A stretch of DNA of 64,000 nucleotides from Catajapyx aquilonaris (lineage: Eukaryota). The translations under genes were made by a program, and so were the position numbers. Location of the stretch: NCBI GenBank assembly GCA_000934665.2, contig JYFJ02002583.1, forward strand, positions 1 to 64,000, in the 5' to 3' direction. How positions within the stretch are numbered: position 1 is the first letter of the stretch; each line of letters begins with the position of its first letter. This document shows, piece after piece, positions 39,571 through 51,300 of the stretch. The notes below the pieces were generated by a model, which had not been told where the DNA came from, searched no databases, and saw only the letters and a list, made by a program, of their open reading frames with translations.

Positions 39571-40529
39571 TGAATGAGTTGTATTTAAAATGTTGTACAT
39601 AGTGGGTCTTGAATAAAATTCAATGTACTCGAAAGAATGCGTTGAAAATCATTACGTTGCCGTACAGTGAATGCTACGGAAGCAGTGTCAGAGATCATGA
39701 GTCAGCAGCAATGCAGTTGTCAGGAAATGCCTTTGACCTCTACAAGCAGCTGAAGAGTCACTACATTCCGGGGCATATGCTAGCTAATGTAAAAATAGAC
39801 AAAATATGTAGAAATTTATGTCACTGGCATCAGCTGAGATCTAGCAGTCGTAAAACCGGGCTTGAAATAGGCTCGTATTTCAAATTCAGACAGGTGGAAA
39901 AATTAATATTGATTCATACAGTTTTCGAATCAGTATATTTTGGTGTCCTAATACTACTGTAATGTACACACTGCCTTGCATGAAATCAAGATTAGTGACA
40001 AGAGGGCTGTAAAATGCCTGATTATTTTCACATTCCAATCTATCCAATGCTGCAGCTGTGCACTATAGAGGCATTACACATATCAAAGATTCGAATTAAA
40101 AATCACATCCTGATAATAGCCATAATAAGTCATTTCCCAATTGTCAACCAATGCCATTTACTAATTTGGTTGGTTTATTCAGTGACAAACTATTTTAACC
40201 ATTGGCAGTGACCTATTACCTGCAACATTTTACTAGCAGTGGTCGATGCACCACAAGACATTTACAGAAGGTTATAAAATACTACTGAATAATGATTAAC
40301 TCTTCTCAAATTTGCATTCCTGAGAATGGTCCGAGTATTGACCTGAGCTGAAGTGAAGAAATCGCTTGCCATTCTCAGCTCCTCATGGAAAATGTGCTAC
40401 CTTGCTAAGAATCCTGGCCCAATGCTCAGCAAATATTTCTTGACCCATAAAAGCAGGCTCCCAAATGCTCTCTGATAGCACACTGTGACACTGCCTTGCT
40501 GTCTTCACATTCTCAAGAACAGGCAGTCA

Positions 40530-41526
40530 ATGATGTCCCCTTACCTCCTCTTCCTTGTCCTAGCCTTTGGTTTGGGCACGGCACAAAGAACCAGCAACAA
40601 GCACAGCAACTCAGCCACCACCCAGAGATGCCAGGCATGGGACCCTACTACTGTCAACGCTACAGAGGTAAGTCAATTCATCCATTCACTTATTCCATTT
40701 GCATTAATTTATGAATTTTGGAAGATTGAGGGTGACTGGTATGTCCTGGAGCAATGGTCACCTCATCTGGCTGACTCATACCGTTGCGTCCATGAGCGAC
40801 TCAACCTTCTGGGAACACACACCATCCAGTCCAACTGGACAGGTGTGGTGATAGACAATGACACCCTCTGCGAGAATCGACAGTCACACATTTTTATGTG
40901 TGACATCCCCACTCCAACCAACGTTGTCGTCTTACTCAGAAACTGTAAGTATCAACAATGCTAAAGTTGCACATCCAAATGCCCAAGCTTCAACTCAATA
41001 ATATAACAATAAGATTTCATGTCAACAAGGATGAATGCTGCTGGTACTGTTGCATTTTTGATGCCAACAAAACTCACTCTTGTTGACAAGAAACCAGACA
41101 ATCGGAATCTGAGCTGGTCATGTCATCCTTAATAACCAGTAGTGGGCCAGTTGGCACTTTTATGGTACTAATATGTCATACTGTACTTGAATTTATTACT
41201 CCTTTTTTGAAGTCAACTGTTGGGTGTTACCTTGCTGGCTGTACTGACATTTACGACCTTTTACAGGCGAATACAAGGTCACTGGTTTGGAAACTGACTA
41301 CAACACCTACCTGGCAGCCAACCTGTGCCAAGAATATGCTTCAGGTGAAACTCAACAAGTGTCATTCATATGGTCCAGGCGTGACTGTCTCCCAGACAAG
41401 CTGATTGAGAAGCTCCGCAACAAGATTAATGGCTGGGGAGGAGATGCCAGCAAGCATTTCCGAATTGACCAGTATGAATGCCCTGATTATTGTCGCGCTC
41501 CAAACAGGCGGCCACATTGCTTCTAA
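40530..41526 (+). CDS. Lipocalin (apolipoprotein D-like); exons 40530-40667, 40725-40944, 41267-41526
   Basis: Signal peptide; SCR1 IEGDWYVLE, SCR2 LETDYNTY, SCR3 FIWSR; Cys-rich; AATAAA after the stop. Confidence 0.9.
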
Positions 41527-41658
41527 AAAAAACCTGCATTGTAACACCTGAAATAAATAAAAATTGATGCAGCTCCCATTATTTGCATTTGGTATCCAAC
41601 TATACATCCTAAATGAATCAAACGCATGGATCAACAAGTGTAGTCTCAGGATATTATA

Positions 41659-42267
41659 CAGGGTGTTTCACTAGGTGGCCCCCCCAAAGAATTGACCATA
41701 CACCATAGACTCTGAGGTCTATGGAATTGACTATAGTTTTCTTCCTGCTCTACCTAGAAACACGATGTTTGGTTTTCAAATTACCTTCGTTCATGAGAAT
41801 GTAGCACCATTCACAATAAATGCTGTACTTGATCTTCAACGACCTCCATACGCATTCGAACACGACTCGACACGAATCTCCTTATTATCGAAGGCCATCC
41901 GCAGCATATTGACATTAATAGTCAGGATTGCTGCACAAAGTGTTTCGGACCAATACAGTGGTAGATGACCTCCTTTAGAGAAAGAAAAAAAAAAAGTCTA
42001 AAAAGTGAAGCACAGGCTGCTGGCAGGACAGAAAAAGTCACAACAATTTTGTCACAAGAAACTGGGTATCCTGTTTCCACTTATGAGGATAGGCTGAGGG
42101 GGACCTGCGATAATAAGGTGATTCGCGTCGAGTCTCGTTCGAGAGTGTATGGTGCAACATTCCTATATGAACCAAGGTAAGTTTGAAACCAAACATCACG
42201 TTTCTAGGTCGAGTGGTAAGAAAAATATAGTAGATTCTTTGAGGAGACTACCTAGTGAAACACCTTG
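41659..42267. mobile_element. Tc1/mariner-type MITE
   Basis: TA|CAGGGTGTTTCACTAGGT ... ACCTAGTGAAACACCTTG|TA. Confidence 0.75.
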
Positions 42268-42719
42268 TATTAGTCCTACTTCATTTGGGAATTTCACTAC
42301 CTTCTGGGCCCAAAGCTAAAGCAGATTGTGATAGCACATGGCAACACTGGGGAAGTGCATTTGATGCATGTATGCAAATCAGCAGAGGTCATGTGATCAT
42401 TCCCACAAAACATAAAAGGGGCATCCTGACGTGTGTTCTGCCCAAAGATTTCTGGTTCTGCCCATTTGCCCCCATAAATCCTTTTCATAGCTAGTCTAAC
42501 ATCTGCGTGAAACCGGACGATTGTGGGCGTCTGTCTTGTTCAATAGGAGTGTTCAAAAAATTAGACCCTTCCTTTTCAGATTGCTTGTCCTTCTGCTTGT
42601 GGCCCAAGCATCCAGCTTCTTCTTCAAGGGCTATTATCATTACCACAGCTACCCATGCCAATGACCTAGCTACAGATATGGAGGAATTTTTGGTTATCCG
42701 TGTCACTATGAATAGGGCT

Positions 42720-42835
42720 ATGTCCTGAGTTCAATCCTCAGGTTGGACAGAGGATACTTATGTGGATAGTTTCAATGGGGTTCTCCCAGTGTTCGAGTGG
42801 GTTTTCTCGGATTTGTTTCCTACCACAATCAAAAT
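42720..42835 (+). mobile_element. Truncated copy of the tRNA-derived SINE at 47420
   Basis: gagttcaatcc..ggacagaggat.cttatgtggata..gtgggttttctcgg matches 47474-47560. Confidence 0.7.
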
Positions 42836-43654
42836 TGATCATAGAACAGGGAATGATTTAAAAAAGTTAATTAAAAGTAACTAATTGTACCCCACTTACA
42901 GGGTGATGTAAAAGTTGCCACACTTCTCTTGGCCATAGGTTCCCTGCAAACTTCTAAGACAAAATTACCCTAGCACACCTACCACCCAAGTTTGGTGAGG
43001 GTGCAATTAATGAAGTATCTCAGCTGTTCTCTTTTTTTTTTTTTTCCTACACTTCCGTTACTAGTAATTTCATCAACCCATTTATTTGACTCTTGTACCA
43101 ATTTGGGTCTACATTTTATCTCTTTTGGGAGTGGTGCACTGTATAACGTAACAATCATAATATTGTGGAAAAATTGTATTGAACTTCTTCAAGTCATTAT
43201 TCCACAAGAGAAATAAAAGTTTTGCATACGCACATCGTTCCAGAAAACTTAAGATGAATATTTCCGTCAAATGTGTTAGTGTCAATTTTACCAAAAAACA
43301 ACAAGGATGGATATAGTCAGTCTCTTAGAAATTTATTGTGCCATGCAATTATCAAGATACATTGACTCAAAGTATTTCTTCTGAATTTCACTCAAGTTCA
43401 ACCATGAGCTTAATGCCACCTGAATGTGGCTGCATCTCTCAATATTGCCATACCATCTTCACTGATCTTCACACAGCAGTGACAACTTCCATGCTGGCAG
43501 GATTGGAGTTAAAAATCATGCTGCATCACTCCTCACATGTGAGGCTCTACTAGGAGCTGCTTGCAAGTGTAGGGAAGCATTCATAGTGACCTACTGGAAC
43601 TGACAAACTGGTGATGCCATTGTGAAACAACTAGCTGAGGATATCCTGCACAGT

Positions 43655-43920
43655 AACCGAAGCCGTTTGGAGGAGGGGATATGGTGTCCGACTGTTAATT
43701 GGGAGGTCCTGGGATCAAATCCCAGGGCCGGCAACTCTGACAGTGGTTTTCTGTGGTTTCCCAGTCCTTCCAGGAAAATTCCCGAGTTGCTTCCGTAATT
43801 AATAGGCCACAGACGCTTCCTTCTGTCCCTATCCTATCCCAAAGAGCATAGTAAAATGAAAAGCAAAGAGTTCCTGGCAAAACAAACTTCCCCCCTAAAG
43901 AGCTGATGGCTGATAACGGG

Positions 43921-43973
<53 letters not shown>
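43655..43973 (+). mobile_element. tRNA-derived SINE with (TTA)n tail
   Basis: 14-bp TSD ATATCCTGCACAGT (43641-43654, 43974-43987); B-box-like GGGATCAAATCCC; body motifs GGTTTTCTGTGGTTTCCC and AGGCCACAGACGCTTCCTTC. Confidence 0.85.
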
Positions 43974-43977
<4 letters not shown>

Positions 43978-44327
43978 CCTGCACAGTGACAAATGAAATT
44001 GTACATTTTGCGATGATGTGATCAGATTGTCATTTCTTGCAAGCCAGCACAAGTGATTCCTAAACACAGCTGCTTGTAGTGTCTAGGAGAGAATCACACT
44101 GGAGGGGACACACTGGAGGGGACACACATGCATGGTGCATAGTTTAGATGAAAGCACATTGTGATCAGCAGTTATATTCAGCCTTATAACAGTACTGGCA
44201 GCATATGCCTCTAGCTTCATTGTGGCATCAGTACTATTCTGAGGCTGCATGGCATATACTCACTTTCAATATGCATAAAATTTAACCAAGTAGGCCTACC
44301 TACATATTGTTCACTAAACTTCTAAAC

Positions 44328-44426
44328 CAGTGGTTCCCAACCTTTTTGGGCTGAAACCCCCTTTTATGATAGCTAGTCAAGTAACCCAAGGAAAAGGCTT
44401 CGCGACCCACAGGTTGGGAACCACTG
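44328..44426. mobile_element. hAT (Charlie-like) MITE
   Basis: TIR CAGTGGTTCCCAACCT; perfect 8-bp TSD TTCTAAAC. Confidence 0.9.
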
Positions 44427-44512
44427 TTCTAAACTATGCGAACAACTCGATGCACATTTCCATATAACAAAGGCTTATCATTAGTTAATAATACATGGGA
44501 AATATAGTTTAA

Positions 44513-44733
44513 GGCTGGGTATCCATGTAAAAGCTTCTCGTGCCAGAGTCGGCCAGTCCCCTCTTGCGCGAGAAAACTTGTCCGTCGAGACGGACTCTAT
44601 GTCGCCTCAAGGCCCCTCTGATCCCTCGGAAAGGGGATTAAAGTTGAAAATTTTCTACTTTTCCTCTTTCCTCCGATACGAGCATGCGCAGTTGGCCTCT
44701 CCGATAAGAGAAAACTCTGGCGAAAACCCAGCT
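44513..44733. mobile_element. Possible PIF/Harbinger-type MITE
   Basis: TAA|GGCTGGGT ... ACCCAGCT|TTA ends, plus internal inverted GCCAGAGT. Confidence 0.45.
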
Positions 44734-45300
44734 TTAGATTGCAGCAGAAGTTTCAGAAACATCTTGGCACCATCACAAAGATGATTGCAGTAAGTTGAAA
44801 TAAGAGGATTATGGCACCACACATTTCTTCAGTGAATGAAGTCAATTTCATACCATTGGCAACAGAAAAATTAATCCACGAATAATTTATTTTTACTCTC
44901 CTTTGAACTATAGTACAAGTGCAATTAAAATGTTAGGACCACCATTTTAATACTTGTGCTGTTGAAAATGAAGCAATCATAAATTTTTGAACATTGTAGA
45001 CAGCAGGTTGTGTTTTGGTAGCCTCCAGCTTAACAGTGGTAATGCTGTCAGAATATTTCCATGCAGTCCTACTGCATTACATTCCTACATTCAGTGGAAA
45101 TGTGTTCAAGTAGGACTGTAGGAAAATATTTTCTACCAATACACTTTCCTGTACATTCCTGTCAACATCTTTAAATATTCTTTTTGACTCATGGCTATTA
45201 AAAATAAAATAAAACTAGCACTTGCACATTACACAGTGGCCTTCTCTTCCTCAGTGCTACAGAAAAAGTTTCTTTTTTAGATAAACGACAACCTCTTGGG

Positions 45301-48300
45301 CTATACCAACTTGGTGTTGAGGATTTCATACTCCTTCAAACGTTTCCTGAACTTGACACACACATCCACTGGAACACCTGCATCTCGATGGGACACTTTC
45401 TTCATCAGCTTCTCCCACTTCTGCTCTAGGGCTGACTTCTCAAAAGGTGTTCTGGTACAAAATTCTGCCACTGTGCAACCTGGAATAAACCAAGCATCTT
45501 TTAGTTAAAGTGACATCATCAATAGATAAAATTTGGCATTCCCATTTCATGGCACTTTTTGACTTTGCAAGAAGCAAAACAGTTTGAAAGGTTTTAAACA
45601 ATGAACAATGGCAAAAATAAGGCAAAAACATCAAAACTTGCAGGATACCTGTTCTATTGAAGAATTAACCCTATTTAGACGGGAGGTTTTTTGGCGATTT
45701 TGTCGGATTTTGCACAGGTCAGAAAATAAATCTCTCTTTCAAGTATTTGTGCTTCCACACACTGGACTTGACTTTTGTCTCGTCAGTAAATGTCCAAGCT
45801 AGATTCTAGCAACACTTCTTGGTGCTTTAAGGAATTTAGGGCTTGCCAAACCTTAAGGCCCTACACCCCCTCCGTTCTACGCGGGTGTGTAAATCCCAAG
45901 GTTGCATGGCTTTTATATGTTGAAAAGGCACAAGAGGTGGCATGGGCGGAGTTTTTGCTACTGCGGATTTTTTTTTTTTTTTGATGGTCCTTTTCAGACC
46001 AAGGTGCAGTAGACTTGTGTGTCTGGCCCAGCCAAGCCGCTATTTACTCAGACGTGATTAGTCACATGCGTAGGTTGAGAGCTACGTAGGAATAAGAAAC
46101 CGCCTACCCAGAGCGCAAACTTGGCCTCCCTCTGATCCCCCCTACCCAGACCTATCCACCTCGGGGAAGGCCCGCGGATGGCCGGGCAGGGGTGCCTCGC
46201 CCTAATAATTGAGCACTATCCAACATTATTTATTTATTTTTAAAACCTATTAATNGGGGGGGAGGTTTTTTTTTTTCAGCGGCAGATGATGGGCAGAAAA
46301 TGTCATTTAAGTTAATCTGGTGGTTTATTTATGCAAGATTTTGTAGTCCAAAATTCGAATTTATTTTTACATGAGAGATATATAGTTTCACCAGCAAAAT
46401 TTTTGAAACCAGCGTATCAGCACATGATAAGACCGTCTAAATAGGGGTGCTATGGAGACCCATTGCCAGGGATACCCCATTGCTATGGTAACCTCTGGCG
46501 CTACGGACAACCCTTGCCATGGAACTCCTGTTGCTGTGGATGCCCGAGATGCCTGTTGCCATGGTAACCATTGGGATCAAGAGTAGGGGTGGTCGAGGGC
46601 AGGAGGAGGAGGAGGAGGAGGAGGGGGGGGGGCAGCAAAAGTGAGTATCCCTCTGTCAAAACTAACCAAAAAATTCCTCCGCTCTCTTTCCAAAAAGTCT
46701 CGTCATCAGCATCTTTCCTTTTTTGTCCTGCAGATAGACAAATACTTGCAGGAACACTTCAATATCTTCCTCACAAGTGGAGCAGTAGAAGGTCACTTCC
46801 TCTGCATTCCCCTGCCTCACACGCTTCTCAGGGCAAGTTGAAAGATAAGGGTATTGTTGAGCACATCCTGTGCAGGTGCCAATTATGTAGGCATACCATG
46901 GATCTGAGATGAAGATAAAAATTGGTTGCATAGACTGGTTGAATCACACAATTAACTTACAATTAATCCCAGGATGACCTCCAACAAGATATGAGCATAC
47001 ACGGTGCACCTTTTCTTCAGGATGGGATAGTGCATGTGAAGCCTTCACTGGTGTCTTCGTCATATCTGTAGCTAGAAGAAATAAGCAATTTGAATGTTCA
47101 ATTTCCTTGACACTATTCCTACTGCGTACTCAGATCCACATGCATGTACAGTTGGTTAAAGGATTCGCTTACCACATGAGGAAGACAAATTAGCCTCCAA
47201 TAGAAGTACTGTACTTGCTACAGGAGTGCGAGTCATTGCATCAGGGGAAGGCAGCACGTCTGTTGGAGGCTAATTTCTCCGCCTCATGTGGTAAGGAAAT
47301 CCTTTAACTGACTGTCCTGTAACTAGTAGTTGCCTCCCAACTCCACATGAGATGCAAACATATTTTACACCCAGGATAGGGATTGAACCTGCAATGGGTG
47401 CACACATTATTACAGTGTAGGGCGTCACAGTGGCCGAGTGGTTAGCGCCACAGCCTTCCACCTCTGAGGTCCCGAGTTCGATCCCCGGGTCGGACAGAGG
47501 ATGCTTATGTGGATACAGTTTCGATGGGTTCTCTATATGTTCGCGTGGGTTTTCTCGGGGTTCGCCCGTTTCCTCCCACTATCAAAATCCATCACATTAC
47601 AGGCAAATGATTAAAGTTGGTCTATTAAAAGATGATCCCCTAAAAAGCCCAAGGAGGCTAATCACGGGGTATCCATTATTATCATTATTATTATTTATGA
47701 ACTTCATTCTTTGTGGTGTATTTAAAAAATATAATTTTTGCAAGGTTTGCTCTTCTTGTCAGAACTTGTTGTATTATCTAGAAGCAACATACTGTATAAT
47801 GAAACTTGTGCATAAAGGAGCCACTTGACTGCATTTTGTGTGCGTGTGTGTGTGGGTGGACGTGTCTTGCTATCCTTGTGAGGAATTTTGTCATTACGAG
47901 GTAGTTTTCCTGTACCTCATAGTGAACACACGCCTCACAAGGATAGGGTAAAATCGAAACAATACCTCATAGAGGCAGTAAAAATATATTTCACCAAAAT
48001 TTCGTGTTTCCTTGCAGGTTAGGTTAGGTTAGTTTTAAATTTCAAATTTTGGAAAAACCGAACAAGGATAGGAATGCCCGCCTGTGGGTGGGTGTGTGTG
48101 CATTTAACAGGATTTCATTACACAAGATTGAAAGAATAAGTTTAAAATCATCTGCTGGAACAAAATGAAAGTTCATAATGTAGGGGAAAGTGGGGAGAAA
48201 TCAAACGTGGGGGAAATTTGACAGTGGACTCTGTTAGTCACCAAACAACAAAGAGAAAATTTAAATGTGAAAAATAAAATTTAAATGTGAAAAATGTCCC

Positions 48301-51300
48301 ATTCCCGGGCCTATTCTGCCTTACATGTTCCCACTAAATCCAGGGCCCATTATATGCATGCTTCACATTTCAGCACCCACTTATTAATTTGTTTATGAGA
48401 AAACATTTAAAATTAAACCAGAAAATAAATGCACCTGCACCAGAACATACCAATTAATAGAGTTTTAAAAAACCCTTACTTGTTAGGAACGTAGCATGGC
48501 CTTTGAGGCTGGGACTTATAAGTGAGGTTCCCGAGGCCTCAGGCAGCTTCTTCTTTGGTGAGGAAACTTGATTATCAGTGAGGGCTTTTTTTGTGTCCTT
48601 AGATGATTCAAGTTCCGATATATCCATTTCTGACGAGTCCTTTCTCGACTTTTTAAATGCATTTTTGAACTCTGCAAGGACATTTTTTACTCGTCTCTTC
48701 TGCTTTTGGGGAGGCAAAGCTTCCTTATTCCTCTTTTCTTGCCTTACCAACTCATTTTTAGGTGGCTGGTCTGCAGTTTCACCTCCTGAGGGTATGAGTT
48801 CCACATTTGCATGTGCACTCTTCATCTCCCTCTCTGACTTGCCTTGATGGTGTCGTAATTTCCTTTGAGGGCTTTTATCTGGATGCTTTGATTTTGATGA
48901 TGATGCACTCCTCGTATGAGCACTAATGAAATCCTGCTCATTTTTTGGTGATTCTAGCTTTTCAGGCTGTTTAGTTGTTTCTAGATTTTCAGGCTGTTTA
49001 GTGGAGGAGACTTTACCAGGACCCTCATCAGGCAACTTTTTCAATTCTTGTCCTGAAGTCCTTCCTGTTTGAGTCTGCACCCTTTCAAGACAGACCCGTG
49101 GAGACTTCAATGGGATGTGCTTGTTTTCAGTCTCTTTCCTTTCCGGAGTGACAGCTGACATGTCCATTGTTTCTCCTTTGGGCACCTCATCCAACTTCTC
49201 TGGTGAAGCTTCCCCAGCCAAACTGGCTGAACCTCCTTCCTGTTTATCCTTTGATGAGACCTCCTCAGTACTTTGTGACTCACTCTCACTTGACAACTTC
49301 TGGGACTTCTCAGTGTCACTGCCCTGCAAGTCACACAGAAATTGTAAGCCGAACTTGCATCTTGCTGACCTCACTTCTATTTCAGTGTCAACCACATTTT
49401 TGGGAGTGCATGATGTATCTTCTTCAGCAGCCTTGTCTTCAGCATGTCCATCACATTGCCTCTTCCCTGGAGTGAACATTTCACCTTCAATACTGTTACC
49501 AACTCGCTGCTTTTTGGAACTGGATGCAGCAATTTCAGCACTGGTTCTCTTCTGAGAAACACGGGTCAGCTTACTTTTAGGAACTGGAATATGCCTTTTT
49601 AACATTTGGATGATAGGATGACCAGAGACTAATGGAGTGGCACAACTGCTGCCACCATTCAGCTTGGCAGAATACAGGATAGTACCATCAGTCCATTTTG
49701 TGTCCTCAAAGATCTCAACACCATATAACATGCAGTAGGTGTTAACCTGCAGCTGAGAGATATCCTCCAGGTGATCAAACACCACGACTTCAAGGACAGG
49801 ACGTGTTTCATCATACCAGAGGCTCTTCCTTCCACTGATCATGTCACTAAAGGTGCGACTAGGAAGACTAAAAGTGGTGCCATCTTCCACCCGAAGCATG
49901 GTCACTTGGCGCTCGATCACCTGTTTTCAAGAGCAAAGAACAAATAAAACTTTCACCATTTCTTTCAGATCTTCCGTACATAATAGACCCTTAAGCGAAA
50001 ACCAAGGTTCTGATACAAAAATACAGTGGGACCTCATACTTGGAACAGCCCTAACTTCAAACGTTCCCGATTTTAGACATTCATGTGAAATTCGATCCAG
50101 AGTTCGAATGATTCTTTAAAGTTTGAACATCTTGAGCAGTGAAAAAAAATACACTCATTGCATAAATGCCTTCTGTTGTGCGCCCAACTCGTCTCTCCCT
50201 CTCACTGTCAGAGCATCTCTTGTGTTACGCATTATGCTGTTGTCAGTGCTTTTTAAGCTTTATTATTACAGTATTAATGCATTTTATTTATTGTTTTCCT
50301 GTTTTAATTTATTATTTAGGGCATTTTATTGTGTTATTTTTATCTGAAATTATGAATAATTGCTGTTAAGTTTATCGAACTTGCTATTTTTTAGAATCTG
50401 GGAATTGATTAATTACTTTCCATCATTTCTAATGGAAAAATTTATTCGGATATCGAACTATTCAGAGTTCAAATGGCCCCCTGGAAAGAATGAAGTTTGA
50501 AGTATGAGGCACCACAGTGAGTGAGATCAGCAGTGTCATGAACTTTTCAATGCCACTGTACCCATCAGCTGTTGACTGTATCAATCACAACTCCAATTTT
50601 AAAAACTTCTAAGCAGATAATAATACCTCATTATCCCTTCCCCTGACTCAATTTAATCAGTCAATCATACTTGACAATTCAATATTCACACAAGTTCACA
50701 AATAAACTGGGCCTATTCTACTGGGCCTAATAATGGCCAAATGGAGAGTTCTTACAATACACTGTAGTTTCCATACCAGAAAGACGAAATGCACTGTACA
50801 GTACAGTACTGGAAAAAATAGCCTGTATCCCCTCAAGCAGCACCAAACGGCCAGCCAAGTTGGCGCAGGTGGAAGCGTGCATGAAACCTGTTTCCACCTG
50901 CACTCACACTGGCACTGCTTGCAGGGGAGCAAGGCTATTTTTTCCAGTAGTGTGATATCCACATGTCAAATCAGAATTATTTTGTCTACTTCTCCACAAA
51001 CTCTCCATCACAGTCAATGCAATCTGACCTGTGCATAAATTTTAAATTTCCATCGAGTAGCACTCTGTTCCAGTACATCCTAGATGACACATCGCAGGTT
51101 GAGAATTACAAGGTTGTAACTGCATAGGATTTTCAAGCGCCCGATTCTCATAGCCACTAAGGGCGAAAGTCGCGTACAGGCCGTGCATCCATCCCTGCTG
51201 GGTTAGGGGGGAAGCGGGTACGCGACTTTCGCCCTTAGTGGCTACGGGAATTGGGCGCTTCGCGGCGGGATGGCAGAAAAGTGGAAAGACCACGGTTCTA

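Noticed and set aside
43695..44006. Poly-Asn ORF
   Set aside because: Antisense of the SINE (TTA)n tail
47173..47269. Candidate POT1 exon with AG/GTAAG boundaries
   Set aside because: Stop codon in the required phase; lies in an inverted repeat; the flanking exons join correctly without it
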